A DNA stretch of 64,000 bases from Minutocellus sp. GHC0000111 (Eukaryota). The first letter of the stretch is position 1, and every line of letters begins with the position of its first letter. Under the pieces are notes generated by a model. The model saw nothing but the letters and a program-made list of their open reading frames with translations, was not told the origin of the DNA and searched no databases. The stretch spans positions 1,364,001 to 1,428,000 of the forward strand of contig OZ361261.1 in NCBI GenBank assembly GCA_977018835.1, written 5' to 3'. A program made the translations under genes and the position numbers. Of this stretch, positions 48,168 through 59,608 are shown piece by piece.

Positions 48168-51103
48168 GGGATGGTACTGTATAGGGGTGGATCATAGTCT
48201 TCTCGTAGGATTTGCCGGACGTATTCTCGAAGTGCGGTATTTCCTCGGCCTCTTTGACCAAAGGACGTTTGCGGATACTCGCCCTGATCAGAATTGTCGT
48301 CATTTTGCTCTTGGGTCTGGTCGGGAGAAGACTGCTGGGCCACACCGACGCCCGTGATTAATTGAAGATCTTCGCAAAGACTCTCGCCGCTTTCGACTGC
48401 TTTCCGGGCACGTTGGACGATATGACGGCATGCTGCATGAGCGACGGGGATGGACATTCCACTGAGATCAACCTCCCATAGCGAATCGAGAGAGTCGCCG
48501 GGTAGGATGATACCGAGCTCGATGGCCTCGTCGAAGACTTCGTCCATTCGTTCTCGATTTTCAGCGCCCTCGGATCGATCGAGGGTAGCTATCACATCGG
48601 TGAGGGTGATGATATCCGGGGAAAGCTTTGGGTCGGAAGTTGCCGTTGCATAGGGCTTTGACTTGGATTTAGACGCCGGTCTGGCCTTGCCGCCACCGCC
48701 TTGCTTCTTTGTGCTGCGCCCGCACATTTCTCCCCAGATTTCATATGCCTTGTCCGGCTGCATACAATCCGCAGCGCAGAAACAACAGCATTATACGAAA
48801 TACGGTCCGCTTGCAATCCGTCGTTCCTCATTTCGTCAAACAGCCGAAGAGCGTGCTCCCATTCGCCGGCTCGGCCGCATGCGGAAACCGCAGCGGTGTA
48901 GGTGATTCGATTTGGACGCGTCTTGGGCCCACCCTTCTTCATTTGGGACATGAGATCTAGAGCTTCCTTCCAACGACCGGCCGATGCGCACGCACTGATG
49001 GCTCCACTGTAGCTATAGGCATCGGGCTCAACACCTTCCTTCTTCATTTGTTCGAGAAGATCGAGCGCCTTGGTCGAGAGCTCGTCTGCGATGCCTTCCC
49101 CACCGACCGTCCCCTTCAAATTTCGCCTTGCGGCTTTTGCCAGGGCACTGATGGTTGAAGAATACGTGATCACATTGATTGGCATTCCCTTCATCCTCAT
49201 TTGGTTTAGAAGCTCCATCGCCCGCTGCCATTGACCGCCATTGCCACAAGCCGTGATTGCGACGCTGTACGTCACCTCAGACGGCTGCACTCCACGAGTT
49301 CGCATCTCGTCCAATATGTCCAGAGCCTTTCTCCACATCTTGCCCTTGGCACAAGCATCGATGGCCGCCGTATATGCATATACATCAGGTTTGAGGCCCA
49401 AATCTTGCAGCACCTCTAGAAGCTCGATCGCATCTTTGTACTTTCTAGCGCGGGCACAGGCTCGCATGGCATTCGTGTACGTAATGATATCGGGATCAAC
49501 CCCGGGCTCGCGTTGACATTGCTGAAGTAAGCTCATTGAGTCCTTCCACCGACCCGCGCTGGCACAAGCTGAAATCAGTGCATTGAAGGTAACGACGTCG
49601 GGCTTGATACTCAGGGACCGCATCTTCTTAAGAAGTGCCATCGCTTGGCCAACTTCTCTCGCCTTGGCACAGGCAGAAATGATGATGTTGTAGATCCTGG
49701 TTGACTGCGGCACCTCCCACTCCTCCATGAGGTCGAGGAGCTGGAGTGCCCGACGCCATTGTGACCGTTTTAGCAGCCCTCGAACCACAAGCTCAAAAGT
49801 ATGCGACGTCGGATCTGCGCCCTTATCCCGCATCGACATGAGGAGGGTGACGGCCTGCTCCGACTCGGCGGCCGACACGCATGCCTCCAACGCATGATGA
49901 TAAGTCACCAACGTCGGCCGGGGATGCACCCGCTTTGAAGCTTCGGCTGTTTTGACATTGGCGCCACCGGCAGCGCCTCCTTTGTTACTACTTCCCTGGC
50001 CCTTTTCCATCAGGGCTAGAAACTGCACCGCTTCCTTCCAATTCTTCTCCTCCTTCATTGCACTCATGACTGCATTGTATGCATCGACGCTCATAATATT
50101 TGAGGTGTCGATATCGGCGGTTTCTTCAACCTTGTCATGTTTCGTATTGTCCACCGGAAGCTGGAGCAGCTGCTCGGCACTGCGCAGCACCAAGGCCTTG
50201 GCATTCCTCCACCGTCCACCGCGGCACATTGTCTTGACCGCCAACGTCACATCGTCGGCATAGGGCTCCACCCCAGCCTGTCGCATGGCCTTGAGTATCT
50301 CTTGTGCAGATACACCGTTGTTCACCTTGGAGCACTGCTCCAAGCATGCTCGATAGGACGATCGGGTCTGAGAGAGTCCCTGATCCTTCATTACCGCCAA
50401 TACTTCCAATACCGAATCCCATTCGTCCGTGGCAACGCACAACCCCAGCAACTCGTCGCAGTAGGATTCTGATGAGATTGGACAATGAAAGGCGCATGCA
50501 ACGATTAGTAAACGTAGGAGGAGATATGAATACACAATATGCACATACATTTTCCGAACGCAAGTGCCATCCAAGCTACTGTCTAACTCACGCGATAGCT
50601 CCTCCCCCTGCCCATTCCTTTGCTGCGTCTCCTCCAACTTGGACCGGAGCTCCAGGTGCTGCTCCCTGCTCTTGGCCGTTTCCGCCGCACTTCTTGCGAC
50701 GGGCCTGGCCGATGATTGTCGGTTCGGACTGCTGCTGCTTCGTCTTGCATTTTGATTCTTGTTATTTCTTCTTTTGCCTTTGCTTTGCGACGATGATGAT
50801 GTGCCGGCAGCAGAGCGACGCTTGTTGTTACTGTTTCTGCCGGACCTCCGACGCTTGTTACCGCCGCCATTATTGTTGTTCGCACCGCTCCCGCCGCCGC
50901 CGTACACGTTGACTATGCTATCCGCTGACGGCTGGTTGGACAGGTGCAATGCCGTTGCTGCGGCGTTTGACACATGCTGCGCTACCGATGACGTACTACC
51001 ACTCGCCGAGCCGATGGGCGAGAAGGCGTCCACTCCCAGATGAGACGATGGGCCGATCAGGGAAGACGACAGGACTAGCGCCGCAATTAGAGACGACGAC
51101 ATG
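48086..51103 (-). CDS. Plastid-targeted PPR protein with a C-terminal SMR domain (intron ~50591-50470; frameshift ~48765)
   Basis: Signal peptide plus DAFSP; many 35-aa PPR repeats (PDVVTFNALISAC...); VDLSGMS...ITGVG SMR motif. Confidence 0.9.
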
Positions 51104-51473
51104 GTGAGGGATGGGGCGGAATTGTTCGAGATGGGTGCGTCCAAAGGGTGCAGAACGGCGAGGGGTATGACTCACTCCAAGTCGCCGTTTACGGCGCAGC
51201 GCGGGTGAAATCGAACGGCCGAATGCGAAACGAACAAATCAACATGGTCTGTCTGCACCCCGTCAAATCAGCTGCTCGCGCCATGCATGGAAAAAGCTCT
51301 CGGCCCCCGCGCGGCCTCGGGCAATTGTTGGCGTGACCCTTGTGTCACAATCGCGTCGAAAGCAAGAGTCAATGCGATTACAGAAGGGAGCCCATTGTTC
51401 GGATCGATTCGATTGGATTCGATTCCGCACAAGGACATCACACACAAGTGAGGCCAAATAAAGGATGCAGAGA

Positions 51474-54400
51474 CACAGCACCATCTGCCAGCCGGATGAC
51501 TCGCATGCTTTTGGTCGCACTTTCGGTGGCCGGCCGGCGCGCGAAGCAACCGACCGGCGCGCCCAACGCGAGCCACCATGGCGGCGGCAAAAAATCAAAT
51601 TGCCGCCGCTACGTGCAGAACGAAGGCGATGTCTCGCGCTGGTGTGGGAGAATTACGGCACGAGAACAACCAGGCACTCCCGACATCCTGGTGACACTCC
51701 CGTTGGCCTCGATCCACAGCTCTCCATGAGCAAAAAAAATGACGGCCGCAATCCCGCGGTCAACACCGCAGACAGAATTGCGGTGCAGGACGCCCTGGCT
51801 GAACTGCTCGTCTGTCTTCGCAGAAAGGAACTTCATCACTGCAACTTCATCGGCAACAACAACGACTCCTTGATGAGTGTGTTGGGATGCAGTCCCATCA
51901 TGTGCGGCGCCGTCATGTGCACTGCGGGCATCTTGGGTTTGAAGAAGAAGAAACACGAAGACTGCGATGTGTTTTTTGTGAGGACAGACAACCAGAATGG
52001 ATGGGATGAAATGGCATCAAGACGCTGCCTTGCCGACGACGTTCAGCGAACCCCATGCAAAAAGAGCATGTTTGTTCGCCTCGGTTCTATCAATCCTCGT
52101 GCAGCCGACGCTCTCCATGATGATGGATGGATGGCTTTCGACATGGTCACGGTCGAGCAAAACAATTTCGCCTCGAAGTGCCGCCGCCGCGGCTCAATTT
52201 GACGAAGGCATGCGATGCACTCCTCAAGTCAGTCGGTCGCACCACATGTGTCGGTGGGACATGCGGCGATGGACTACGAAATCAACAGGCAGATGTTGCT
52301 CGAGGCCCAGAAGTTCCCTGGTGGGCATAATGGCCAGGACGATGGGTGGGACAATGACGACGATGTTGGGACGGTGGGCACCGAGTTGGTCCCATTTTAG
52401 GTGAGGCACTTCAGGACATTGGAGATTTTGCTAACTTCGCTCGCGTTGTCGGACGACGGAAAGACCGACGTCCGTCCATTTTTTTCGAAGCTCATCATGG
52501 TGACCCCCGCTCCTGGCCGCTACACATTTGCAAGGTAAGATATGGGCATTCCCGAGGCTGGCCGATACCATTGTGCTACGCATGCGAAAGTTTCAGCTTG
52601 ATTGGCATGCTATTGTATGAGAAAATATAAATCAAAACAATCAACCTGTGTTCGAGTACGCGAAAAAGGGCCGCGGATGAGAAGTGATACCGTGAGAGCC
52701 ACAGCCGCCCAATCCACCCAGAAATGCAGAGACACACGCCCAAGATATGTATGAAAATGTTTGTATGGTTGATTGTTGTGGTTTTTGTTCGTATCCGCCC
52801 CCGAATCGGCCGCCAATGAGAGCAAATTTTCGTGCGTCGTCATCGTTTTTTGTGCGTGATTTTTCCCCCTCGATAGCTCAGCCTGTGTGCGGAATTTTCG
52901 AGCCGGACCTTCGATGTCCCCAACCTTGAATGTGTCTAGAGTGGGGACGTAAGCGAGGCAGGCCGGCTCGATCAAGTCTTTTTGCCATATTTCAGGGGGA
53001 AAAGTTGGTCCGGCAGGAAATTGCGACTTTTCCCGTACTTCGCCGCGTTGGAAACACGGACGACGGAAAGACGAATGTCCAGTTTTTGGGTCGAGCGGCT
53101 CACCTAAAGCTGCTGGACCAACTCCACCCTGACCACGACGGAGGCCGGCGAGATCAGTGAGGACGATGACGACGAAGACGAGGACTATGTGCCCTGTTAT
53201 GAGGACGAAGCTGATATTGCAAGAGAGGACGCTACACATGAAGCATACATGCAGCAGTGCTTTGAGAAGAGTCGTCAGAAGCACGGTGATGGCGAGCCAG
53301 AGATGGGAGCTGTCGATGATGCCGAGGATGACGATGCCCCTCACTTCCATTTCCTGAAAAAGGCCGGCATTGAGGCGGCCGACTCAGGTAAAATAAGGGC
53401 AGTGCTGGCAGAATGCTGGAGAGCTTTATCTATTAATATTTCTGATGATGGCAACAACAAGAAGAAACCAAGGACAACAGAGGCTCTCATCCACCATGAC
53501 ACCTCCACCAAAGGAACTCTCCTAGAGCACAATCGCGAGGAAGATGGCATGACGGATGACGACATCAAAGAGCTCTGCAAAGCTTGCTCTAATTTGCTCC
53601 ACACTCTTGACGCAACATATTCCAGGTTTCTGAAATGGTGCATGAAATGGGATGATGAGGCAAAGAAGGCTGTGAGAGAGCTTGAAGCATTGATTGCAAG
53701 TGCCCTCAAGCAAGCCCGGGCAATCGGTGTTAGCATAACGCCCAAGTGGCACTTACTCGAAGATCACATCTTGGACCAACACATTTGGCTAGTGAAGAAT
53801 GGATGGGGCGGCATCTATTGGCTCGACGAATCATTTGTAGAGCGAGCCCACCAAGAGGGCGTTAAGGAAGATCGTCGGACTCAGGGCGTCAAGGGACATG
53901 AGGCCCAACAGACGGCGCAGTTCAAGGCTGAGGAGAGGGCATCCAATCCAAAGGTCGAGGAGAGGCGGGAGCGAAACTCTCGGGTGGCAAGAACAAGGAA
54001 AAGGACAAGGACCGAAGCTGTTAAAGCAGAAACTGATGACAAGCGCCAACAAATGATCATGATGGCCACCGATGGAGATGAGGATGTAGAGATGGGAGCA
54101 GGGCACGCACAAAATTAGAAAATGAAATTGCACCACTGCTACACAATAACAAATGAATTGCATAATCCAACTTTTACAAACAGCATCGCGATTGAGCAAA
54201 AAAGTAAACAGTGCACCCAAACAAACACATCACGTCCTTCTTAACTCACCCATTTGTCTCCCAGACCAAAAAGTCCCTTTGGCGGGTTGATTGTTGCATA
54301 AACTTATCCCAATGCTATCTGTCTCTCCTCGGGCGCAAAGTTGTTGTCGGAATTCCGGGAGAGGTCGAGTGGGGATGCGATCGGTCGGGATCAGCGAGAG

Positions 54401-54833
54401 TCGGTCATGCGGGGGGTGCGGCGCAATCCCGGCAGTTTGTCATCAACAACAACGTGGGAAAGCACCAGAGGGTCTGGGGCATCACAACGGGAGCACGACG
54501 AGCACAAAGACGGAGCAATGGTGCCACCCCAGAGAAACGAACGGCCGACAGATGGAGGAAAAGTGGGCCGATGGTTCGTGGCGTTGACACGCAGCGGAGG
54601 CCAATCTGAGGATGCAGCAAGCTTCAACTGTGTCCAAACATGATGATGAATGCGTGTTTGGTGCGAAAACATAGTTGTGCGCCGGCGCAACGCCGACGGA
54701 ACACCATGGTGTTGGACGGTCAAAGAATGGGTGACGAACGAGATTGGGTTTTGGTGGGTTTCTTCGTGACGTGTTCGTCTTCTGCCGAAAAACGCTTCAT
54801 CCGACCGGCGAAACAAGACGAGATGGGGCTGTG
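51474..54833 (+). mobile_element. Non-autonomous Transib/RAG1-like DNA transposon, copy 2 (carries a nested element)
   Basis: TIR CACAGCACCATCT / AGATGGGGCTGTG (12 of 13 match); flanks GAGA (51470-51473) and GAGAA (54834-54838); collinear with copy 1; ORF 53189-54118 carries the ITPKWH...ESFVE motif. Confidence 0.85.
52383..53124. mobile_element. 742-bp non-autonomous TIR element (Sola-like: GAG...CTC termini, 4-bp TSD) nested in copy 2
   Basis: Absent from copy 1, where the empty site reads gggCACCctg; TSD CACC at 52379-52382 and 53125-53128; TIR GAGTTGGTCC..TTTAGGTGAG. Confidence 0.85.
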
Positions 54834-54968
54834 GAGAATGACACACTGCGCAAGCAATCCGACCTCATTTACTTTTGGCCCATTCGTTCACGCACTCTTT
54901 CTGGTGGCCGCATCGCCAGCAACAGTGCTTTGTCCTGCTCACAGATCCCGCAAACAGCTCCAACGATC

Positions 54969-55418
54969 ATGTCCGTTCTCACTCGAGAGGACATTGAAGC
55001 GACGACGAGCATTTTGGCCGACATTGAACATGTCGATAGGGAGATCGAGGCGACGATTCGAAGAACACGAGAACTCAAGAAGAATCGTCGGTCGCTGACG
55101 GAGGAGTTGGAAGAGTTGCACACACAACAACAACAACAGGAGGAGGAGGGAGAAGTCGAAACATCATCGCCGCCGACCCCAACCTCACAAAATAAATGTG
55201 GCGGTGCTACCAGAAGTGCGCGACAAGTCTCCGAAGAGCCAAAATTGTCGAAAGAGACCGCATCGTTGAGTGCATGTGCCGGTAAGAAGGAGGAGGAAAC
55301 ATCGCCTCGAATCAGCCTGCTCGCCCTGCGCTCACAAGACGACACGGAAGGCGATGGACTAGTGCAAAATCAAGTTCGCTCTCGCGTTGCACAGGACTCG
55401 AAAATCTCCTCCCGATGA
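54969..55418 (+). pseudogene. Paralog/fragment of the C-terminal part of the 56844-58267 gene, with the stop codon lost
   Basis: DREIEATIRRTRELKKNR...EGDGLVQNQVRSRVAQ vs DKEIEATMRKLRELQENR...EGDGLVQNQVQPRVA*. Confidence 0.7.
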
Positions 55419-55800
55419 CGCTGTGCCGCCTTCTCCCGCTCGGCCTCCTCGAACTCCTCCCGCATTTTCAGCAGCTGCTCCCCGGTCGGTTCTCCGGGAC
55501 AAGCCTCGATGGCGTCGGTGCAGGAGTCGTGGGCGTCGAGACAGTCCCCCGCCTTGAAGGAGGCGTTGCCCTCCGCCTTGGACGCCTCCGACTTGGCAAG
55601 GGGGTCGGGAGGTCCGTCGGCATCGGCGGCTTCGACGGCTGCGGCATCGGCTTCGGTCGTGGAGGAATCGGCAGCAGCGGTCGTCGCGTGCGGCTCGTCT
55701 CGTGCCGCAACGGTAGCCCCACCTCCGAGCTCGCAAATTGCGTCGGCGTTGCTGTCGCCGCTGCTTTTCACACCGTCATCGCCGAGTGCGTCGAGGTCAA
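55400..55800 (-). pseudogene. Captured fragment of a TPR (TTC1-like) gene, hypermutated
   Basis: KAEGNASFKAGDCLDAHDSCTDAIEACP is a TPR helix pair with C/H at positions where Tyr is typical; truncated after the first repeat. Confidence 0.7.
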
Positions 55801-55940
55801 ACCCCTCCGAGGAGAAGTTGGTGGCTTGCCGGGCGGTCAGGGGGGGGGGCAGTGATGCAGCGAAATAATGAGCACATTCATGCAAGCCGTAGCAGGAACC
55901 TAGGCCTAGCCGGCATGGCATCGGCGCAGGCGCTGACCTG

Positions 55941-56630
55941 CCGGCAGCCTCCACGCGGAACAGGCTATTCCGGGTGTTTTCTTCGGAAATCATATCAGGC
56001 CTCAGAAATTGCAAAATCGCGAAATGTCACAAACTCGGATGGGCTGGGGTAATCCCGTGTCTCGTCGTTGTTGCAATTGTCGCCGGTGAAGTCACCGAGA
56101 GTGGAAAACGCGAAACTGCACACAGTCAAGCACACAAGCAAAAATCTCCAACGCAACATGAGCACATGCATGAGGACACATGTGCGAGGTGCGGCGCACG
56201 CAAAACTGACGGGCGGTTTTTTCGCTTTTGTTTTTCAGGCCGCCTAGGACACACAAAAGCTCGATCGTCGGACGCGACGAGAAAAAGGCAGGTGAGTGAT
56301 GAGAAGAAAGACGAGAATGACCCATCTTTCGACGGACTGAAAGATGTCGATAGTTTTGCGTCCTCTGAAGCTAAGCTGACGGAAGGCGTGATTTTTTGGT
56401 CCCGACCGTCCGTCAGTTTTGCGTGCGACGGACCCTCGCAGGACTTGCTGACTTTGTTGAGCAAGCCGGCTCCTCCACGCGGAACGTGATGTTCACGGGT
56501 GTTTTCTTCAGAAATCAGAAATCGCAAAATGTCACAAAACTCGGGTGGGCTGGGGTAATCCCGTGTCTCGTTTCGTCGCGATTATCGCCGGTGAAGTGAG
56601 AGAGTGGAAAACGCGAACCTGCACAGAGGC
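55941..56630 (+). repeat. Imperfect ~170-190-bp direct repeat (55941-56125 and 56466-56628), probable transposon subterminal remnants
   Basis: Shared cctccacgcggaac...gggtgttttcttc...aatgtcacaaa...gggctggggtaatcccgtgtctcgt...cgccggtgaagt..gagagtggaaaacgcgaa. Confidence 0.85.
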
Positions 56631-56843
56631 CAAAAATCGAGAAATGGCATTGGGGAATTACGATTTCGTGGGAGCACATTTGCGCACCCTCAAACTTCAA
56701 GGCCTCATGTACGGCCGTAGTAGGTAACTGCGGCATAGCACAATCAAAAGGCAAGGACTTGGGGTAGGTCCGGTCCATTAATCAACACAATAAGCCCATT
56801 GCTTATCGTTACGCGCAGCTCGTGACTACGTACGAACACAGAG

Positions 56844-58267
56844 ATGATGAAGAGTACATTGAGGCCCGAAACGGCGAGCAGTCTCAGTCGATCCCTGCCA
56901 GTCCGCGAGAAGAAGGAATCGAAAGAGCTCGTCCTTCAACAATCGTCAAAGCATGCCAATGGGACTCGTGCTAATAGTACTACCGTCAGAGGAACGGCAC
57001 AAAGAACCAGACCACACACAGCAAGTGGACGAAATAATACGACCGGCGATGCGTCCATCGCCGATCCTGTCGGTGCAGCAGGCGTCAGCTCCAAACAATA
57101 TTTTGGGAGTACTGTGAGTGCAGGAGTTCAGAATAAAAAACACGATCTCGCCGAGGTTGCTGCTAGAAGCTGTGCCGGCACTAGCAGAAGGAGGCAAGGT
57201 GGTGGCAATGCAAGAAGTAGCAGCCGCAAGCAAAAACAGTCAAACAAACATGCAGCAAGTAGGGATAACATTAGGCCGACCGGCGCCCATGAAGCCTCTT
57301 CTGGCGCGGAAGGTGACACTGCTGCCTCGCATCGTCGAAGGAAGGCGCCGTCTACCAACAACCCCCCGCCACCGTCTGCGACGTCCTCGTCGTCGTCCTT
57401 GCTTAGCGCCACATCCCGTCGTTCTTCGTCTCAGATTCTTGCAGATTCGTTGAAAGCGAGCAAAACAGCACCCTCTCGACTTTATTCGTCGCTGCCTCTC
57501 CTGCGCGAGGACGACTTCGTCCAGCACCGACGAGGACAACGAAGTCTCTCCGAAGGCGCCGGCATTGAACAACCATCCACCGATGCCGATGAAGATGTCA
57601 ATACTTCCTTTTCGTCTCGGAGATCGACCAGCCACAGCGCCGTCTTGGCCCTTGCAAGAGAGTACGAACTCGTCGAGCAGAGAGAAGAGGAGGCCCACAA
57701 CGAACAGGTCGAAGTCAACCAAGCCTCTGACTCCGACCGAGCTTTGGACGGTGGAGACGACGAAACAGTTCAGGCGTCTGGAAATAGCAACAACCGGACT
57801 TTGGCTCCGCGTGGTAAGGAACAGTCCCGTCCTAAACTACATGTGCTGCACATGAACCTAGCAGTACTCGGAAGGCGATTCGAGTCGCAGAGATCGAGGA
57901 CAATATCGAAATCATGGACAAGGAAATTGAAGCGACGATGCGAAAGCTACGCGAGCTCCAAGAGAACCGCAAGGTGCTAGTGGCTGACCTAATGGCCGCG
58001 TCTCATGAGAATGGCGCTGGCGTTCCGATCATACCGGAAGAAGTTTCATTCAACCAAAGTACCGGTAGCTCTAGTCGGCGAAAGAACAACACGCCAAGTA
58101 AAGGACAAGATTCGTCGTCGTCTCGGTCGACGAGACCAACAAAGAAGGATGTATCCTCGTGGAGGGAGAAGGAAGCGGCACATTCCAACAGAACTCTAGC
58201 GTTACTTACCGAAGATGGCGAGGGCGATGGTCTTGTCCAGAATCAAGTTCAGCCTCGAGTTGCCTAG
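56844..58267 (+). CDS. Hypothetical Ser/Arg-rich protein with a C-terminal coiled coil (frameshift or intron ~57830-57900)
   Basis: ORFs 56844-57980 and 57914-58267 overlap; the C-terminus has a paralog at 54969-55418. Confidence 0.45.
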
Positions 58268-58574
58268 ATCTACATATGTAGATCTGAGAGAGGTGATAGA
58301 CATAGAGATCTAGTCTAGTGGCAGCGCCTGCCGACCAGAATTTTGATCGCAGTAACAATACTGTAAAATGTACATAGACATCAGGTTTTGATTGAACCAA
58401 ATTAATTAAATTCCAAGTATCGCCGGCAATCCCAAATCTCAACTTTCTCTTGAACATTCGCCATTCTCAGCTCAGAAGAAGACACGGTGGTAGACTCTAG
58501 ATCTAGGAATTTCCTAGATCTACTACATGTGTACCGGTACTTTTACTTACAGTCCGTTCTCACCTACAGCTCTG

Positions 58575-58950
58575 TAAGCAATTGGTAGATCTAATTGCTT
58601 GCAGTATAGGTGAGGGCTGAGATTCTGAGCATATTGCTTATCTATAAGAGCTAATTGGTACATGTACCTCATTCGCATGTTATTCCTTAATCCAAAATAA
58701 GCAATTTGAGGCCTCGGGCCCGAGTCTCAATTGCTTACATGTATTATACTCTACACTAGCGTCGCTTCGCGTCGCTCGTCAGCGACGGCTGGGCTCCGCT
58801 TCGCTCCGTCCGCCTTTTTAAAGTCTCTCGCGAGCTCGCGTTCGCTTTAGCACTTCCGCGAGCTCGCTTCGCTCCGCCTCGTGTCGCACCTGCGAAGTTT
58901 GCTGCTCGCGAGCTCCCAAAAATGAAATTATTCCTTTCATTATAACTAGA
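58575..58950. other. Non-coding palindrome-rich segment, possibly a non-autonomous element
   Basis: Hairpin taagcaatttgaggcctcggg|cccgagtctcaattgctta (58698-58738); repeated aattgctt, cgcgagctc and cgcttcgc motifs. Confidence 0.5.
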
Positions 58951-59608
58951 AAGTCAGACGACGGTACTTACTTATTCATCTACGTGTGGATGTGCCATTC
59001 TCTGCACATGTAGATCTACTAGAGAGTCTACCGTGCGTTGGCCGGGCCGGACTTCACTCTCGGGGCCCCACAGATCGTCTATCCGTCTATCCACCGCCGG
59101 CCGGCACAAATGCGATGTTTTTAGTATGCGTTGAAGAGGCGGTGCGCGCCGGCAGGTGCACCAAGAGGGGCGGGGGGATCCCCCAATTCACTTACTGGAC
59201 CGCCAAGCCGCCCCGCGCGCCCTGTGGGGACATCTCTTGCCTCCTTCGCGCGGTCACACGATCGATGGCGGCACAGCGATACTCACATCGAAGGGCGACG
59301 AACGAAAAGAAACTGCCCGACTGCCCGAGGGTCCGTCGAAAGACTGCATCGACCAATCATTCAATTGATATTGTAGCACGTCTCCCAACATAAACGCTTA
59401 GAGACGTGAAAATATAGCAGATCAATCAACTTGACTTGCAAAGAACAACCGAAGAAAAGACATTTTTCATTTATTGCGCCAAAAGCGGCCGTGGAAAGAA
59501 AGAACGAAGACATTTATCACCATTGGAGTGCTGCCCCTTACCCCCATTTCTCAATAGCTGCACCAGTCATTGTCGTCGCCCACGCACAAAGTCAGTACAA
59601 AAGACACC

